NCBI GenBank assembly: GCA_964540825.1
Contig: CAZINT010000001.1
Location: forward strand, 69,315 to 133,314
Reading direction: 5' to 3'
Source of the DNA: an uncultured Gammaproteobacteria bacterium
GTDB taxonomy: Bacteria; Patescibacteriota; Patescibacteriia; Magasanikbacterales; GWA2-37-8
DNA: 64,000 bases
Each line of letters begins with the position of its first letter. The first letter of the stretch is position 1. Positions 1 through 7,963 of this stretch are shown piece after piece. The position numbers were made by a program, and so were the translations under genes. The notes beneath the pieces are model-generated. The model saw nothing but the letters and a program-made list of their open reading frames with translations, was not told the DNA's origin and ran no database searches.

Positions 1-2344
1 TGCAACCATCACAGAGATTTATGATTATTTGCGCGTCATGTTTGCGCGCGTCGGGAATCCGTATTGCCCGGTGTGTGGTACCAGAATCGAGAAGATGACC
101 GTCGACCAGATGATCGATCGGATAATTGTGGAAACAAAATCACAAAACGAAAAAACCAAAAAAATTAAAACGGAAGAAAATCATTTGACGATTTTTTCCC
201 CCGTAGTGCGTGGTCGCAAAGGGGAGTACTACCAAATGCTCTATGATTTGTATAATTCGGGATTTTTAGAAGTGCGTGTCGACGGCGCGATTAAAAGTTT
301 GCGTGAACGGGTGCTTTTGTCCAAAAATAATAAACATACCATTGAAGTCGTCGTGGATAAAATTCCGCTCGTTAAAAAATGGGAAGCCGATGATCTTTTG
401 CGTCTAACGGAAGCGGTGAACAAAGCAGTTGATTTATCGAATGGTTTGGCGACGGTGGCGTATCCAGGTCAAGCCGAGCATGTCTATAGTACCGAGTATT
501 CTTGTCCGAACGATGGGTTTAGTTTCCCGGAAATCGAGCCGCGGCTTTTTAGTTTCAATAGTCCATACGGCTACTGCGAAGCGTGCACGGGTCTTGGTAC
601 GAAAGAATTATTCAGCACCGAAATTTGCAGTGTCTGTGAAGGCAAGCGTCTTAATAAAACAGCGCTCAGCGTTCGTGTTGCCGGCAAAAATATTTGGGAA
701 GTCACGAGCCTGACGATTGGTGAAGCTCGTGAATTTTTTGCCGAAGTAGAATTGTCGCTCGATGCCAAGACCGTAGAAATTGCCGGAGCGGTGTTTCGAG
801 AAATTAGCAACCGCTTGCAGTTCATGTTTAATGTCGGGCTGTATTATCTTAATTTAAATCGTAAGGCCGGAACATTATCGGGAGGCGAAGCGCAGCGTAT
901 TCGTCTCGCGTCACAAGTTGGTACACGTCTCGTGGGTGCGCTCTACGTGCTTGATGAACCAACAATTGGGCTGCACCAGAAGGATAACGATCAATTGGTA
1001 AAAACTTTGCGAAGCCTTTGTGATATTGGTAACACCATTATTGTGGTTGAGCATGACGAAGACACTATTCTCGTCAGTGATTGGATTGTGGATATTGGTC
1101 CGGCTGCTGGAAAGCATGGCGGTGAGGTGGTGTATTCTGGTCCACTCGGAAAGTTGCTGCAAGGAAAACAAATGGCCACTGGCGTGATTAGTCCAACAGC
1201 CAAACGCAAAGCAGCCGCCCTGTCTGATGAAAATGAAACATGGGGTTGTAAGGTTTTGGGTGACCCTAAAAAATCGATCACGGGCAAATATTTACGCGGG
1301 GATCTTAAAATTGAAATTCCAGAAAAACGCCGCAAGGTAGATGCGTCGACGCCAAAAATTAAAATTAAAGGCGCCGAAGAACATAATCTCAAAAATATTT
1401 CGGTTGAGATTCCGCTGCGCCGGTTTGTGTGTTTGACTGGTGTGTCGGGTTCGGGAAAATCAACGCTGATGAATGATGTGCTTGAAAAAACGCTGGCCAA
1501 TCGTTTTTACCACATGAATAAAGAAGTGGGTAAGCACAAAGAAATTACCGGCACCGAATATATTGACCGCATGATTGTGATTGACCAAAGTCCGATTGGA
1601 CGTACACCGCGTTCGAACCCGGCAACCTATACGAAAGCGTTTGATTTAATTCGTGAATTATTTGCCTCCACAGCCGAAGCAAAATTGCGCGGTTTCAAGA
1701 GTGGGCGGTTTAGCTTTAACGTTCCGGGTGGGCGCTGCGAAAATTGTGAAGGGCGCGGAACTTTGGAAATCGAAATGCATTTCTTGCCAAGCGTCGAAAT
1801 TGTGTGTGACGTTTGTAAAGGAAAAAGATTTACCAACGAAATTTTGCAAGTACAATATAAAGATAAAAATGTAGCTGAAGTTTTGGCGATGACCGTAGAA
1901 GAAGCCGAAGAATTTTTCCGTGACATTCCGCTTATCAACGATAAATTAAAAATTCTCAATGAAGTCGGCTTGGATTATCTGACGCTTGGCCAATCAGCGA
2001 CGACCCTGTCGGGCGGTGAGGCGCAGCGTATTAAACTCTCCAAAGAATTGTCCAAACACGGTACAACGAAGACATTGTACCTGCTCGACGAGCCAACGAC
2101 CGGTTTACATTATGACGATGTGCGCAAATTAGTTGGTGTGCTTGATCGCTTGGTGGGGCAGGGAAATACAGTTATGGTTATTGAGCACAATCTTGATGTT
2201 ATCAAATGTGCGGACTGGATTATTGATTTGGGCCCCGAAGGCGGAGACAAGGGTGGTCAAGTAATAGCCACCGGTACCCCCGAAGAGGTTTCGATTAAAA
2301 AAGGCAGTTTTACCGGAGAGTATTTGAAACGAATGCTGAAGTAA
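1..2344 (+). CDS. uvrA: excinuclease ABC subunit A paralog (5' end lies upstream of window); lacks the ~110-aa insertion domain present in the second copy
   Basis: The frame is open to position 1 (translation ATITEIYDYLRV precedes the listed Met). It has two ABC signature/Walker regions (LSGGEAQRI x2, GVSGSGKST), Zn-finger CxxC pairs and a C-terminal GEYL tail typical of UvrA. Confidence 0.85.
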   Translation, partial: ATITEIYDYLRVMFARVGNPYCPVCGTRIEKMTVDQMIDRIIVETKSQNEKTKKIKTEENHLTIFSPVVRGRKGEYYQMLYDLYNSGFLEVRVDGAIKSLRERVLLSKNNKHTIEVVVDKIPLVKKWEADDLLRLTEAVNKAVDLSNGLATVAYPGQAEHVYSTEYSCPNDGFSFPEIEPRLFSFNSPYGYCEACTGLGTKELFSTEICSVCEGKRLNKTALSVRVAGKNIWEVTSLTIGEAREFFAEVELSLDAKTVEIAGAVFREISNRLQFMFNVGLYYLNLNRKAGTLSGGEAQRIRLASQVGTRLVGALYVLDEPTIGLHQKDNDQLVKTLRSLCDIGNTIIVVEHDEDTILVSDWIVDIGPAAGKHGGEVVYSGPLGKLLQGKQMATGVISPTAKRKAAALSDENETWGCKVLGDPKKSITGKYLRGDLKIEIPEKRRKVDASTPKIKIKGAEEHNLKNISVEIPLRRFVCLTGVSGSGKSTLMNDVLEKTLANRFYHMNKEVGKHKEITGTEYIDRMIVIDQSPIGRTPRSNPATYTKAFDLIRELFASTAEAKLRGFKSGRFSFNVPGGRCENCEGRGTLEIEMHFLPSVEIVCDVCKGKRFTNEILQVQYKDKNVAEVLAMTVEEAEEFFRDIPLINDKLKILNEVGLDYLTLGQSATTLSGGEAQRIKLSKELSKHGTTKTLYLLDEPTTGLHYDDVRKLVGVLDRLVGQGNTVMVIEHNLDVIKCADWIIDLGPEGGDKGGQVIATGTPEEVSIKKGSFTGEYLKRMLK

Positions 2345-2356
2345 ATTTTGACGAAT

Positions 2357-2424
2357 AAAAAATCATCCTTCGTCCTAATGTCACACACGTATATGAATTT
2401 AGGACGGGCGAAGGATGATTTTTG
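2357..2424 (+). terminator. long imperfect hairpin (about 21 bp stem with a 4-nt bulge) flanked by an A-run and a T-run; intrinsic terminator after uvrA copy 1
   Basis: AAAAAATCATCCTTCGTCCTAA ... TTAGGACGGGCGAAGGATGATTTTT read directly. Confidence 0.7.
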
Positions 2425-2481
2425 GTACGTCAATACTGTTTGGTGTTAGCCGCTATATTTACAAAATATTTTGTAGCAGCA

Positions 2482-2510
2482 TTGACTGAACCCTTAAAAT
2501 ATGTTATACT
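2482..2510 (+). promoter_or_regulatory. sigma70-type promoter TTGACT-N17-TATACT upstream of the GC-rich lipoprotein gene
   Basis: TTGACT at 2482-2487, TATACT at 2505-2510, 17-nt spacer. Confidence 0.6.
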
Positions 2511-2663
2511 CCGGTATCTTCTGCGCCGAGCAGAGGATTTTTTTATTTACAACGTTCTTTACCAGCTGTTTCTTGGTGGTGAAAAAGGCATTTTGTGCCT
2601 TATTTTCCACCAAGAAACCGCCGTGCGTCGGATACGCATGTTTGTGTCCCAGGAGTCCAGTAT

Positions 2664-3107
2664 ATGGAGAAGTCCCCAGTCATCGCCCGTCTCGCGTCCG
2701 GCATCATGATGCTCGCCGTTATCCTCAGCCTCATCGGGTGCGGTCAGGAGCTAGAGCCGGAACCCATCTATGACACGGAGATCAAGGATTATTACTACGC
2801 CGATTTTACCGCCAGCGGGCTTATCCCTGAGCAGCTGGCGTGGGTCACGGTGCGTAACATTCCGGATGGTGCAAAGCTCGCTCTCCTGTATGGAAGCAAC
2901 GCAAGCGATTCACGTCCCCACCAGATCGGGTTCCTGGTCTGCCTGGCGAATGAGCAGGTTCACTCGCTCGCCATCGGCGAGATGGGGATGATGGCTTCGA
3001 AGCGGGTCGAGGTCGGAAGCACCTACTACAGTGGCGCTACCACGGTCAAGATGATCTGCACAGTGCTGGTCGGTGGCGCCTACCACGCTGCTCTTCGTAA
3101 GAAGTAA
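2664..3107 (+). CDS. small lipoprotein (GC-rich island gene A), function unknown
   Basis: AGGAG RBS 8 nt upstream of the ATG. Signal peptide MEKSPVIARLASGIMMLAVILSLIGCG with a lipobox LIGC. GC content is clearly above the flanking DNA. Confidence 0.6.
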   Translation: MEKSPVIARLASGIMMLAVILSLIGCGQELEPEPIYDTEIKDYYYADFTASGLIPEQLAWVTVRNIPDGAKLALLYGSNASDSRPHQIGFLVCLANEQVHSLAIGEMGMMASKRVEVGSTYYSGATTVKMICTVLVGGAYHAALRKK

Positions 3108-3207
3108 CTCCCGTACCCGGTACCTGCCGGGTTCCCGGTCAGGCCGCGATTCAATTCGCGCTTGGCCGATGTTCCTGAGTACTTTTGCAAAAGTTTTGAG
3201 GAACAGA

Positions 3208-3236
3208 ATAAAAACCCCTGGTGTCAGGAGTTTTTT
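3208..3236. terminator. bidirectional terminator shared by convergent lipoprotein genes A and B
   Basis: AAAAACCCCTGGTGTCAGGAGTTTTTTT, a hairpin flanked by an A-run and a T-run. Confidence 0.55.
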
Positions 3237-3306
3237 TATTTTTAGTATGGGGGAGGGGTGGAGCGAGAGGGGGAAATATTTCTCGCTCCACAGTAGTTGG
3301 GGCGGG

Positions 3307-3771
3307 CTACTTGGCGCTCGCAGCAAGAACCAGTTGGATTTTGGTGCGCGCCTGGCCGCCGAGCGGAGTTGGTCCGATGCCGGGAACACGCTCTGTGCCG
3401 GTGATGAACTCGCTGTTCTCGCTCAGGAACGCTTCAGCGGTGATGTCGAACGTGAGCAGGCAGTTGAGCGGCGGAACGTGAATCGTCCAATAGGCCGGCA
3501 GCACACACTTGGCTGCTCCGATCTTGAGCTCGGCCATTTTAATGGCGCTACCGTCGCAGTCGATTGCGATGGCTGCCCCACTGATGCTGTCACACTGTTC
3601 GAAGCGGTTCGGCGCGCTGTTCGGTGTCAGGAGCTCGATCGCAAGGCACGCCTCGCTCGCGCTGCACATCGAGAAGGGGTCGCTGGGTGCTGCTTCGGTG
3701 GGTGTGGTGAAGCTACACCCGCCAATGAGGAGACTGATCAAAGCGGTCGCAATACCAATTGCTCTAGACAT
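3307..3771 (-). CDS. small lipoprotein (GC-rich island gene B), function unknown
   Basis: AAGGAG RBS 7 nt upstream. Signal peptide MSRAIGIATALISLLIGGCS with lipobox LIGGC. The long opposite-strand ORF 3073..3798 is considered an artefact of high GC. Confidence 0.6.
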   Translation of the reverse strand: MSRAIGIATALISLLIGGCSFTTPTEAAPSDPFSMCSASEACLAIELLTPNSAPNRFEQCDSISGAAIAIDCDGSAIKMAELKIGAAKCVLPAYWTIHVPPLNCLLTFDITAEAFLSENSEFITGTERVPGIGPTPLGGQARTKIQLVLAASAK

Positions 3772-3838
3772 GGTGCTCTCCTTCGTGAGTTGCTTTGACC
3801 CTACCAGGAAGCCCTTTGCTTTTCAAGTGCTTCTTTTT

Positions 3839-3847
3839 TGGTATACT
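3839..3847 (+). promoter_or_regulatory. extended -10 promoter element TGGTATACT immediately upstream of uvrC; implies a leaderless or near-leaderless mRNA
   Basis: TGGTATACT at 3839-3847, ATG at 3859. Confidence 0.45.
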
Positions 3848-3858
3848 ACCCGTATTCT

Positions 3859-5115
3859 ATGGCCTTAGCACTGCAGGAATATTTAAATGATCCAAGCCAG
3901 CTCCCCGACACCCCAGGGATTTATTTGTATTATGGCCACAACAAAGAATTACTCTACGTGGGTAAGGCTACCTCGCTGCGTAGTCGTGTGCGCAGTTATT
4001 TCCGAGGTAAACGTACCCCGCGCCCGATCGAAGAAATGATCCACGAGGTTGTCAAAATTGATTACCGACAAACTGATTCGGTGCTCGAGGCAATTATTTT
4101 AGAAGCTTTATCAATTCGACGGTTCCACCCAAAATACAACGTCCTCGGGAAAGATGATAAGAGCTGGAATTATTTAGTGCTTACCCGCGAAGAATTTCCG
4201 TCGCTCCGGACAGCGCGTGAGCATGATCTCGAGGCACTCAGTCGCGCTGAAATTAAAAAGAAGTATCTCAAAATTTTTGGTCCGTTCCCGGGCCTCAATG
4301 CCAAAGCGACGCTTAAACTTTTACGCCAGTTATTTTGTTTTTCAACGTGCGAGCCGGGTGCAGGGCGGCCTTGTTTTTATTATGAAATAGAGCAGTGCCT
4401 GGGTGTGTGTATGGGTACGGTTACGGCCAAAGAATATCACGAGCTGGTTATTCGGCCACTCAGTTTATTTTTGGATGGAAAGAAAAAACAGGTGGTTAAA
4501 GAATTTGAAAAACAAATGAAGGTTGCGAGTCGCGCTCAAAATTTTGAAACAGCGGCGCGCCTGCGCAATCAATTGCAGTCGCTCTATCGCATTCACGACG
4601 TCGCACTCCTTAATAATAGTTTTTATGCGGACGAAGGATCAAACGATCCGAATGCCAAACGGCTGCGTATTGAAGGCTATGATATTTCTAATCTGGGCAT
4701 GACCGACAAAGTAGGAAGCATGGTCGTGTTCGATAATAATGGGCCGATTTCAAGTCAGTACCGCAAATTTACGATTAAAACCGTGGAAGGTCAAAGCGAT
4801 GTTGATTCGCTCGCCGAAGTAATTAATCGTCGGCTTAATCATACCGAGTGGCCCTTTCCGGATGTATTTTTGATTGATGGCGGGCGACCGCAGGTTAACA
4901 AAGTGAATCAAGTATTGGGCGAACGCCAAATTCATATTCCGGTGGTGGGTATCGCGAAAGGACCTGAGCGCAAGCGTAATGATTTTATTTTGGGCACGCT
5001 TACACCTGCTTTTATCGGCTTTGTCGATGAACACCGGAGTCTTCTTGTTCGCGTGCGTGATGAAGCGCATCGTTTTGCTATTACCTTTAATCGCAGTAAA
5101 CGAAAAATTACATAA
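3859..5115 (+). CDS. uvrC: excinuclease ABC subunit C lacking the C-terminal (HhH)2 domain
   Basis: GIY-YIG motif (GIYLYYG...LYVGKA), Cys-rich segment (CEPGAGRPCFYYEIEQCLGVC), a UvrB-interacting region and an RNase-H-like endonuclease domain. It ends where E. coli UvrC begins its HhH tail. The start could also be ATG 3838. Confidence 0.8.
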   Translation: MALALQEYLNDPSQLPDTPGIYLYYGHNKELLYVGKATSLRSRVRSYFRGKRTPRPIEEMIHEVVKIDYRQTDSVLEAIILEALSIRRFHPKYNVLGKDDKSWNYLVLTREEFPSLRTAREHDLEALSRAEIKKKYLKIFGPFPGLNAKATLKLLRQLFCFSTCEPGAGRPCFYYEIEQCLGVCMGTVTAKEYHELVIRPLSLFLDGKKKQVVKEFEKQMKVASRAQNFETAARLRNQLQSLYRIHDVALLNNSFYADEGSNDPNAKRLRIEGYDISNLGMTDKVGSMVVFDNNGPISSQYRKFTIKTVEGQSDVDSLAEVINRRLNHTEWPFPDVFLIDGGRPQVNKVNQVLGERQIHIPVVGIAKGPERKRNDFILGTLTPAFIGFVDEHRSLLVRVRDEAHRFAITFNRSKRKIT

Positions 5116-5119
5116 CTGT

Positions 5120-5821
5120 ATGAAATTGCATTATTTTATAACGCCTTTTAGTGTCGTCGAAACAATTGTAACCGCAGCGGATACAAAAGTTATTCATCAT
5201 GTCAAAGATGTTTTAAAAATAAGTGTCGGCGAAAAGATTGTGCTGGCCGATGGAGCAGGGAATAAAGCGTTGGTTCGAATTGCAAAAATGGGTAAAGATT
5301 TTTTGGAAGGACAATTACTTGAGCGCGAAGTTGTGCTCCCTTTAACGCCTACAGTTGTACTCTACGCCGCACTACTCAAGCGGGATATGTTCGAGCTTGT
5401 CGTGCAAAAAGCAGTTGAGCTCGGGGTGACTAAAATTGTGCCGCTCATAACCGAGCGAACGGTAAAATTAGGTTTAAATACCGAGCGTTTGGAGCGTATT
5501 ATTATCGAGGCCGTGGAACAATCCGAACAAAGTATCGTTCCTGAGCTCAGTCGGCCACTAACTCTAGCTGCTGCACTTACCGAGGCCCAATCGAGTAGTT
5601 GTTATTTTTTTCAGCAAGAAGGAACTAAAATTGCCGAAGTAGTCCCGCCAAAAGAAAAACCAATCGCTCTTTTTATCGGCCCTGAAGGCGGCTTTGCGCC
5701 TGAGGAACTGCAGCAGGCTCAGTCGAGCGGGTGTACGTTAGTTAGTCTTGGCCCAACGATGCTGCGTGCTGAAACAGCGGCTATCACAACGATTTTTTGG
5801 GTACGAAATTTGGCTCAATAG
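5120..5821 (+). CDS. rsmE: 16S rRNA (uracil1498-N3)-methyltransferase RsmE
   Basis: RsmE-like fold pattern with a C-terminal GPEGGF motif. Confidence 0.75.
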   Translation: MKLHYFITPFSVVETIVTAADTKVIHHVKDVLKISVGEKIVLADGAGNKALVRIAKMGKDFLEGQLLEREVVLPLTPTVVLYAALLKRDMFELVVQKAVELGVTKIVPLITERTVKLGLNTERLERIIIEAVEQSEQSIVPELSRPLTLAAALTEAQSSSCYFFQQEGTKIAEVVPPKEKPIALFIGPEGGFAPEELQQAQSSGCTLVSLGPTMLRAETAAITTIFWVRNLAQ

Positions 5822-5829
5822 TTTTTCGG

Positions 5830-5858
5830 TTGTCAGAATAAGCTGTGGGGTTTATACT
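5830..5858 (+). promoter_or_regulatory. promoter TTGTCA-N17-TATACT for bcp, followed by a near-perfect 15-bp palindrome AGGATAATTAATCCT (5859-5873)
   Basis: Read directly. The palindrome sits between the -10 and the start codon (5880). Confidence 0.5.
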
Positions 5859-5879
5859 AGGATAATTAATCCTGATCAT

Positions 5880-6350
5880 ATGAAATTAAGCGTCAATTCC
5901 ATTGCCCCTGAATTTACCTTGCCTGACAGCGAAGGGAAAATGCACAGTCTTAAAGACTATCGCGGTAAATATGTGCTCATATACTTTTACCCCAAAGACG
6001 ATACGCCTGGCTGTACCACCGAAGCGTGCAGCTTCCGCGACAATCTGCCTCATTTTGAACAAAAAGGGTTGACCGTACTCGGCGTCAGTGCGGATAGTGC
6101 TGCAAAACACCAAAAATTTGCCGCGAAGTATAAGTTGCCGTTTACGCTGCTCTCCGATGAGTCAAAGGAAATGCTCTCGGCATATGGTGTTTGGGGAAAA
6201 AAGAAGTTTATGGGGCGAGAATATAATGGTATTTTTCGAAATTCTTTTTTGATTGACCCCGCGGGAAAAATTCTTAAGATCTACGAAAACGTCAAACCGG
6301 CCGAACATGTCGCTGAAGTATTGAAAGATTTTACGGAGCTTACAGCTTAA
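5880..6350 (+). CDS. bcp: thiol peroxidase / peroxiredoxin Bcp
   Basis: PKDDTPGCTTEAC active-site motif of the AhpC/TSA family. Confidence 0.85.
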   Translation: MKLSVNSIAPEFTLPDSEGKMHSLKDYRGKYVLIYFYPKDDTPGCTTEACSFRDNLPHFEQKGLTVLGVSADSAAKHQKFAAKYKLPFTLLSDESKEMLSAYGVWGKKKFMGREYNGIFRNSFLIDPAGKILKIYENVKPAEHVAEVLKDFTELTA

Positions 6351-6359
6351 ACCACGCTC

Positions 6360-6800
6360 ATGGCTGATCTATTTACGGTTTCATATGGAGAAATTTTATG
6401 GGATTCTTATGAAAATTCTACTGAGCGTATTTTAATAATGGCCACTCTGGCCAGTCAGTCAAAAGAAATGCTGGGGCTTGCTGCCACTGACGGCCTTGCA
6501 GAATTTGAAATGCAGAAAAATCAGCTGCTTTTTCCAAAACCAGATATTCGTTTGTTTAAAGCTAAAAGTGATGCTGCTCGAGGCTGGCAGCTGGTTGATT
6601 ACGACGATCGACTGTCAGGAGACAAGATTACGCTCAAAGACTGGGTTCGGGAATACGAATCTGTACTCGAATCGGATGTCGTAAAGAAGGCTTTAGAGGC
6701 AAAAATGCCGGTGCTTAGAGCGGGTTTTTTAGCGGAAATCGCTCGGCGTTTAGCTGCTGAAGAAGGTCAAAACCAGGCACTTCACCACCAAAAGTCTTGA
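6360..6800 (+). CDS. hypothetical protein
   Basis: ORF tightly packed between bcp and the next gene. No recognised motif. Confidence 0.45.
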   Translation: MADLFTVSYGEILWDSYENSTERILIMATLASQSKEMLGLAATDGLAEFEMQKNQLLFPKPDIRLFKAKSDAARGWQLVDYDDRLSGDKITLKDWVREYESVLESDVVKKALEAKMPVLRAGFLAEIARRLAAEEGQNQALHHQKS

Positions 6801-6813
6801 CAATTATTGTCAA
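6797..6813. promoter_or_regulatory. perfect 17-bp palindrome TTGACAATTATTGTCAA overlapping a -35 hexamer and the stop codon of the upstream gene; candidate operator
   Basis: Read directly. TATATT -10 at 6822-6827, downstream ATG at 6837. Confidence 0.5.
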
Positions 6814-6836
6814 ATTTACTAGTATATTACTGCCTT

Positions 6837-7193
6837 ATGCAGAAACAGCCGATCCCCACAGACTCCTGGCGCGAGGCATTAAAATTCATCAATAAATGCC
6901 CGATTTGCTCGAATAGCTATACGCCCGAGCAGGCAACTTTGTTTGGAAAAAACGAAGCGGCCAGTTTGGTGCATTTAACCTGTACAAAATGCCAAAGCTA
7001 TTTTGTGGCTATGATTCTGGTGCTCGGTCAGGGTTTTAGTTCTGTCGGTATGGTCACCGACCTGAGTCTCAAAGACGCTGAACGTCTTAGCAGTCTGCCG
7101 GCCTTAACCATGAATGAAGCAATTACCGGTTTTCAGTTGATTCAAAATACAGCAATGTTTAACTCATTAATTTTAAGTGGAACTACAGTATGA
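6837..7193 (+). CDS. hypothetical zinc-ribbon protein
   Basis: CPICSN...CTKCQ CxxC pairs. The ORF track starts at an upstream TTG (6807); ATG 6837 is preferred. Confidence 0.5.
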   Translation: MQKQPIPTDSWREALKFINKCPICSNSYTPEQATLFGKNEAASLVHLTCTKCQSYFVAMILVLGQGFSSVGMVTDLSLKDAERLSSLPALTMNEAITGFQLIQNTAMFNSLILSGTTV

Positions 7194-7891
7194 CATATTC
7201 GCTCTCCGCTACTTCGCGTACGACGCGAGGAGATACAACGCGTGAACAGGGCCAGATTCCAGCAGTACTCTATGGTGCGGGTGGAGAGCCTCAATCGCTT
7301 GCAGTTGATTTCCCAAGTTTTGTAAAATTATACAAATCCGCTGGTGAAGCCAGTCTTATCGACCTTACCGTTGATGGCAAGGATGCCGGTAAGGCTCTGG
7401 TGCAAGACGTACAGCTTGATCCGGTTAAAGATCGTGTAATCCACGTTGACCTGCGCCGTATCGACATGACTAAACCAATGACTGCTACGGTTGAACTTAA
7501 ATTTGTCGGTGAAGCACCGGTTGTTAAAGCTCAAGGCGGTACAGTTGTTACCAACGTTAGTACGGTTGAAGTTCGTTGTTTGCCAAAAGATCTCGTTTCC
7601 ACGCTGGAAATTGATTTGGGCGGACTCAATTCGTTTGAGGATGCAATCAAAATTAAAGATATTAAACTCCCTCAAGGTCTTGAAATTACTTCTCCTAGTG
7701 AAAACGACTTGGTTGTTAAAGCGACTCCGGCAATTACTGAAGACGAACTCAAGAAAATGGAAGAAGCCGGAACAAGTGCAGTTGATCTGAGTAAGATCGA
7801 ATCTGCTAAGAAGAAGAAAGAAGATGACGAAACTGCTGAAGGCGCTGCTCCAGCTGGCGACGACAAGAAAGCTGCCTCAGAAAAGAAATAA
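7190..7891 (+). CDS. rplY: 50S ribosomal protein L25 / general stress protein Ctc form
   Basis: RGxxxREQGxIPAVLYG N-terminus plus the beta-barrel C-domain, with an acidic/lysine-rich tail. Confidence 0.85.
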   Translation: MTYSLSATSRTTRGDTTREQGQIPAVLYGAGGEPQSLAVDFPSFVKLYKSAGEASLIDLTVDGKDAGKALVQDVQLDPVKDRVIHVDLRRIDMTKPMTATVELKFVGEAPVVKAQGGTVVTNVSTVEVRCLPKDLVSTLEIDLGGLNSFEDAIKIKDIKLPQGLEITSPSENDLVVKATPAITEDELKKMEEAGTSAVDLSKIESAKKKKEDDETAEGAAPAGDDKKAASEKK

Positions 7892-7900
7892 TATACTTCC

Positions 7901-7933
7901 AAAAATAGAGCGTTATAAACGCTCTATTTTTTT
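7901..7933 (+). terminator. intrinsic terminator after rplY
   Basis: AAAAATAGAGCGTTATAAACGCTCTATTTTTTT. Confidence 0.75.
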
Positions 7934-7945
7934 GTGCTCGGGGTG

Positions 7946-7954
7946 TGGTATACT
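7946..7954 (+). promoter_or_regulatory. extended -10 TGGTATACT; start codon at 7964 implies a leaderless transcript
   Basis: TGGTATACT at 7946-7954, ATG at 7964. Confidence 0.5.
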
Positions 7955-7963
7955 CATTATAGT

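Noticed and set aside
2422-2773. ORFs 2422..2709 and 2501..2773 upstream of lipoprotein A
   Set aside because: They start inside the promoter -10 element and run through the hairpin-rich leader. Translations are low-complexity with no RBS.
3073-3798. 241-aa plus-strand ORF, and other long frames such as 2910..3389 (-), 3221..3481 (+) and 3509..3868 (+), inside GC-rich island 1
   Set aside because: High GC produces long stop-free frames on all strands. These frames run antisense to the lipoprotein gene at 3307..3771, which has a strong RBS and a lipobox signal peptide. They have no RBS of their own and no signal or motif.
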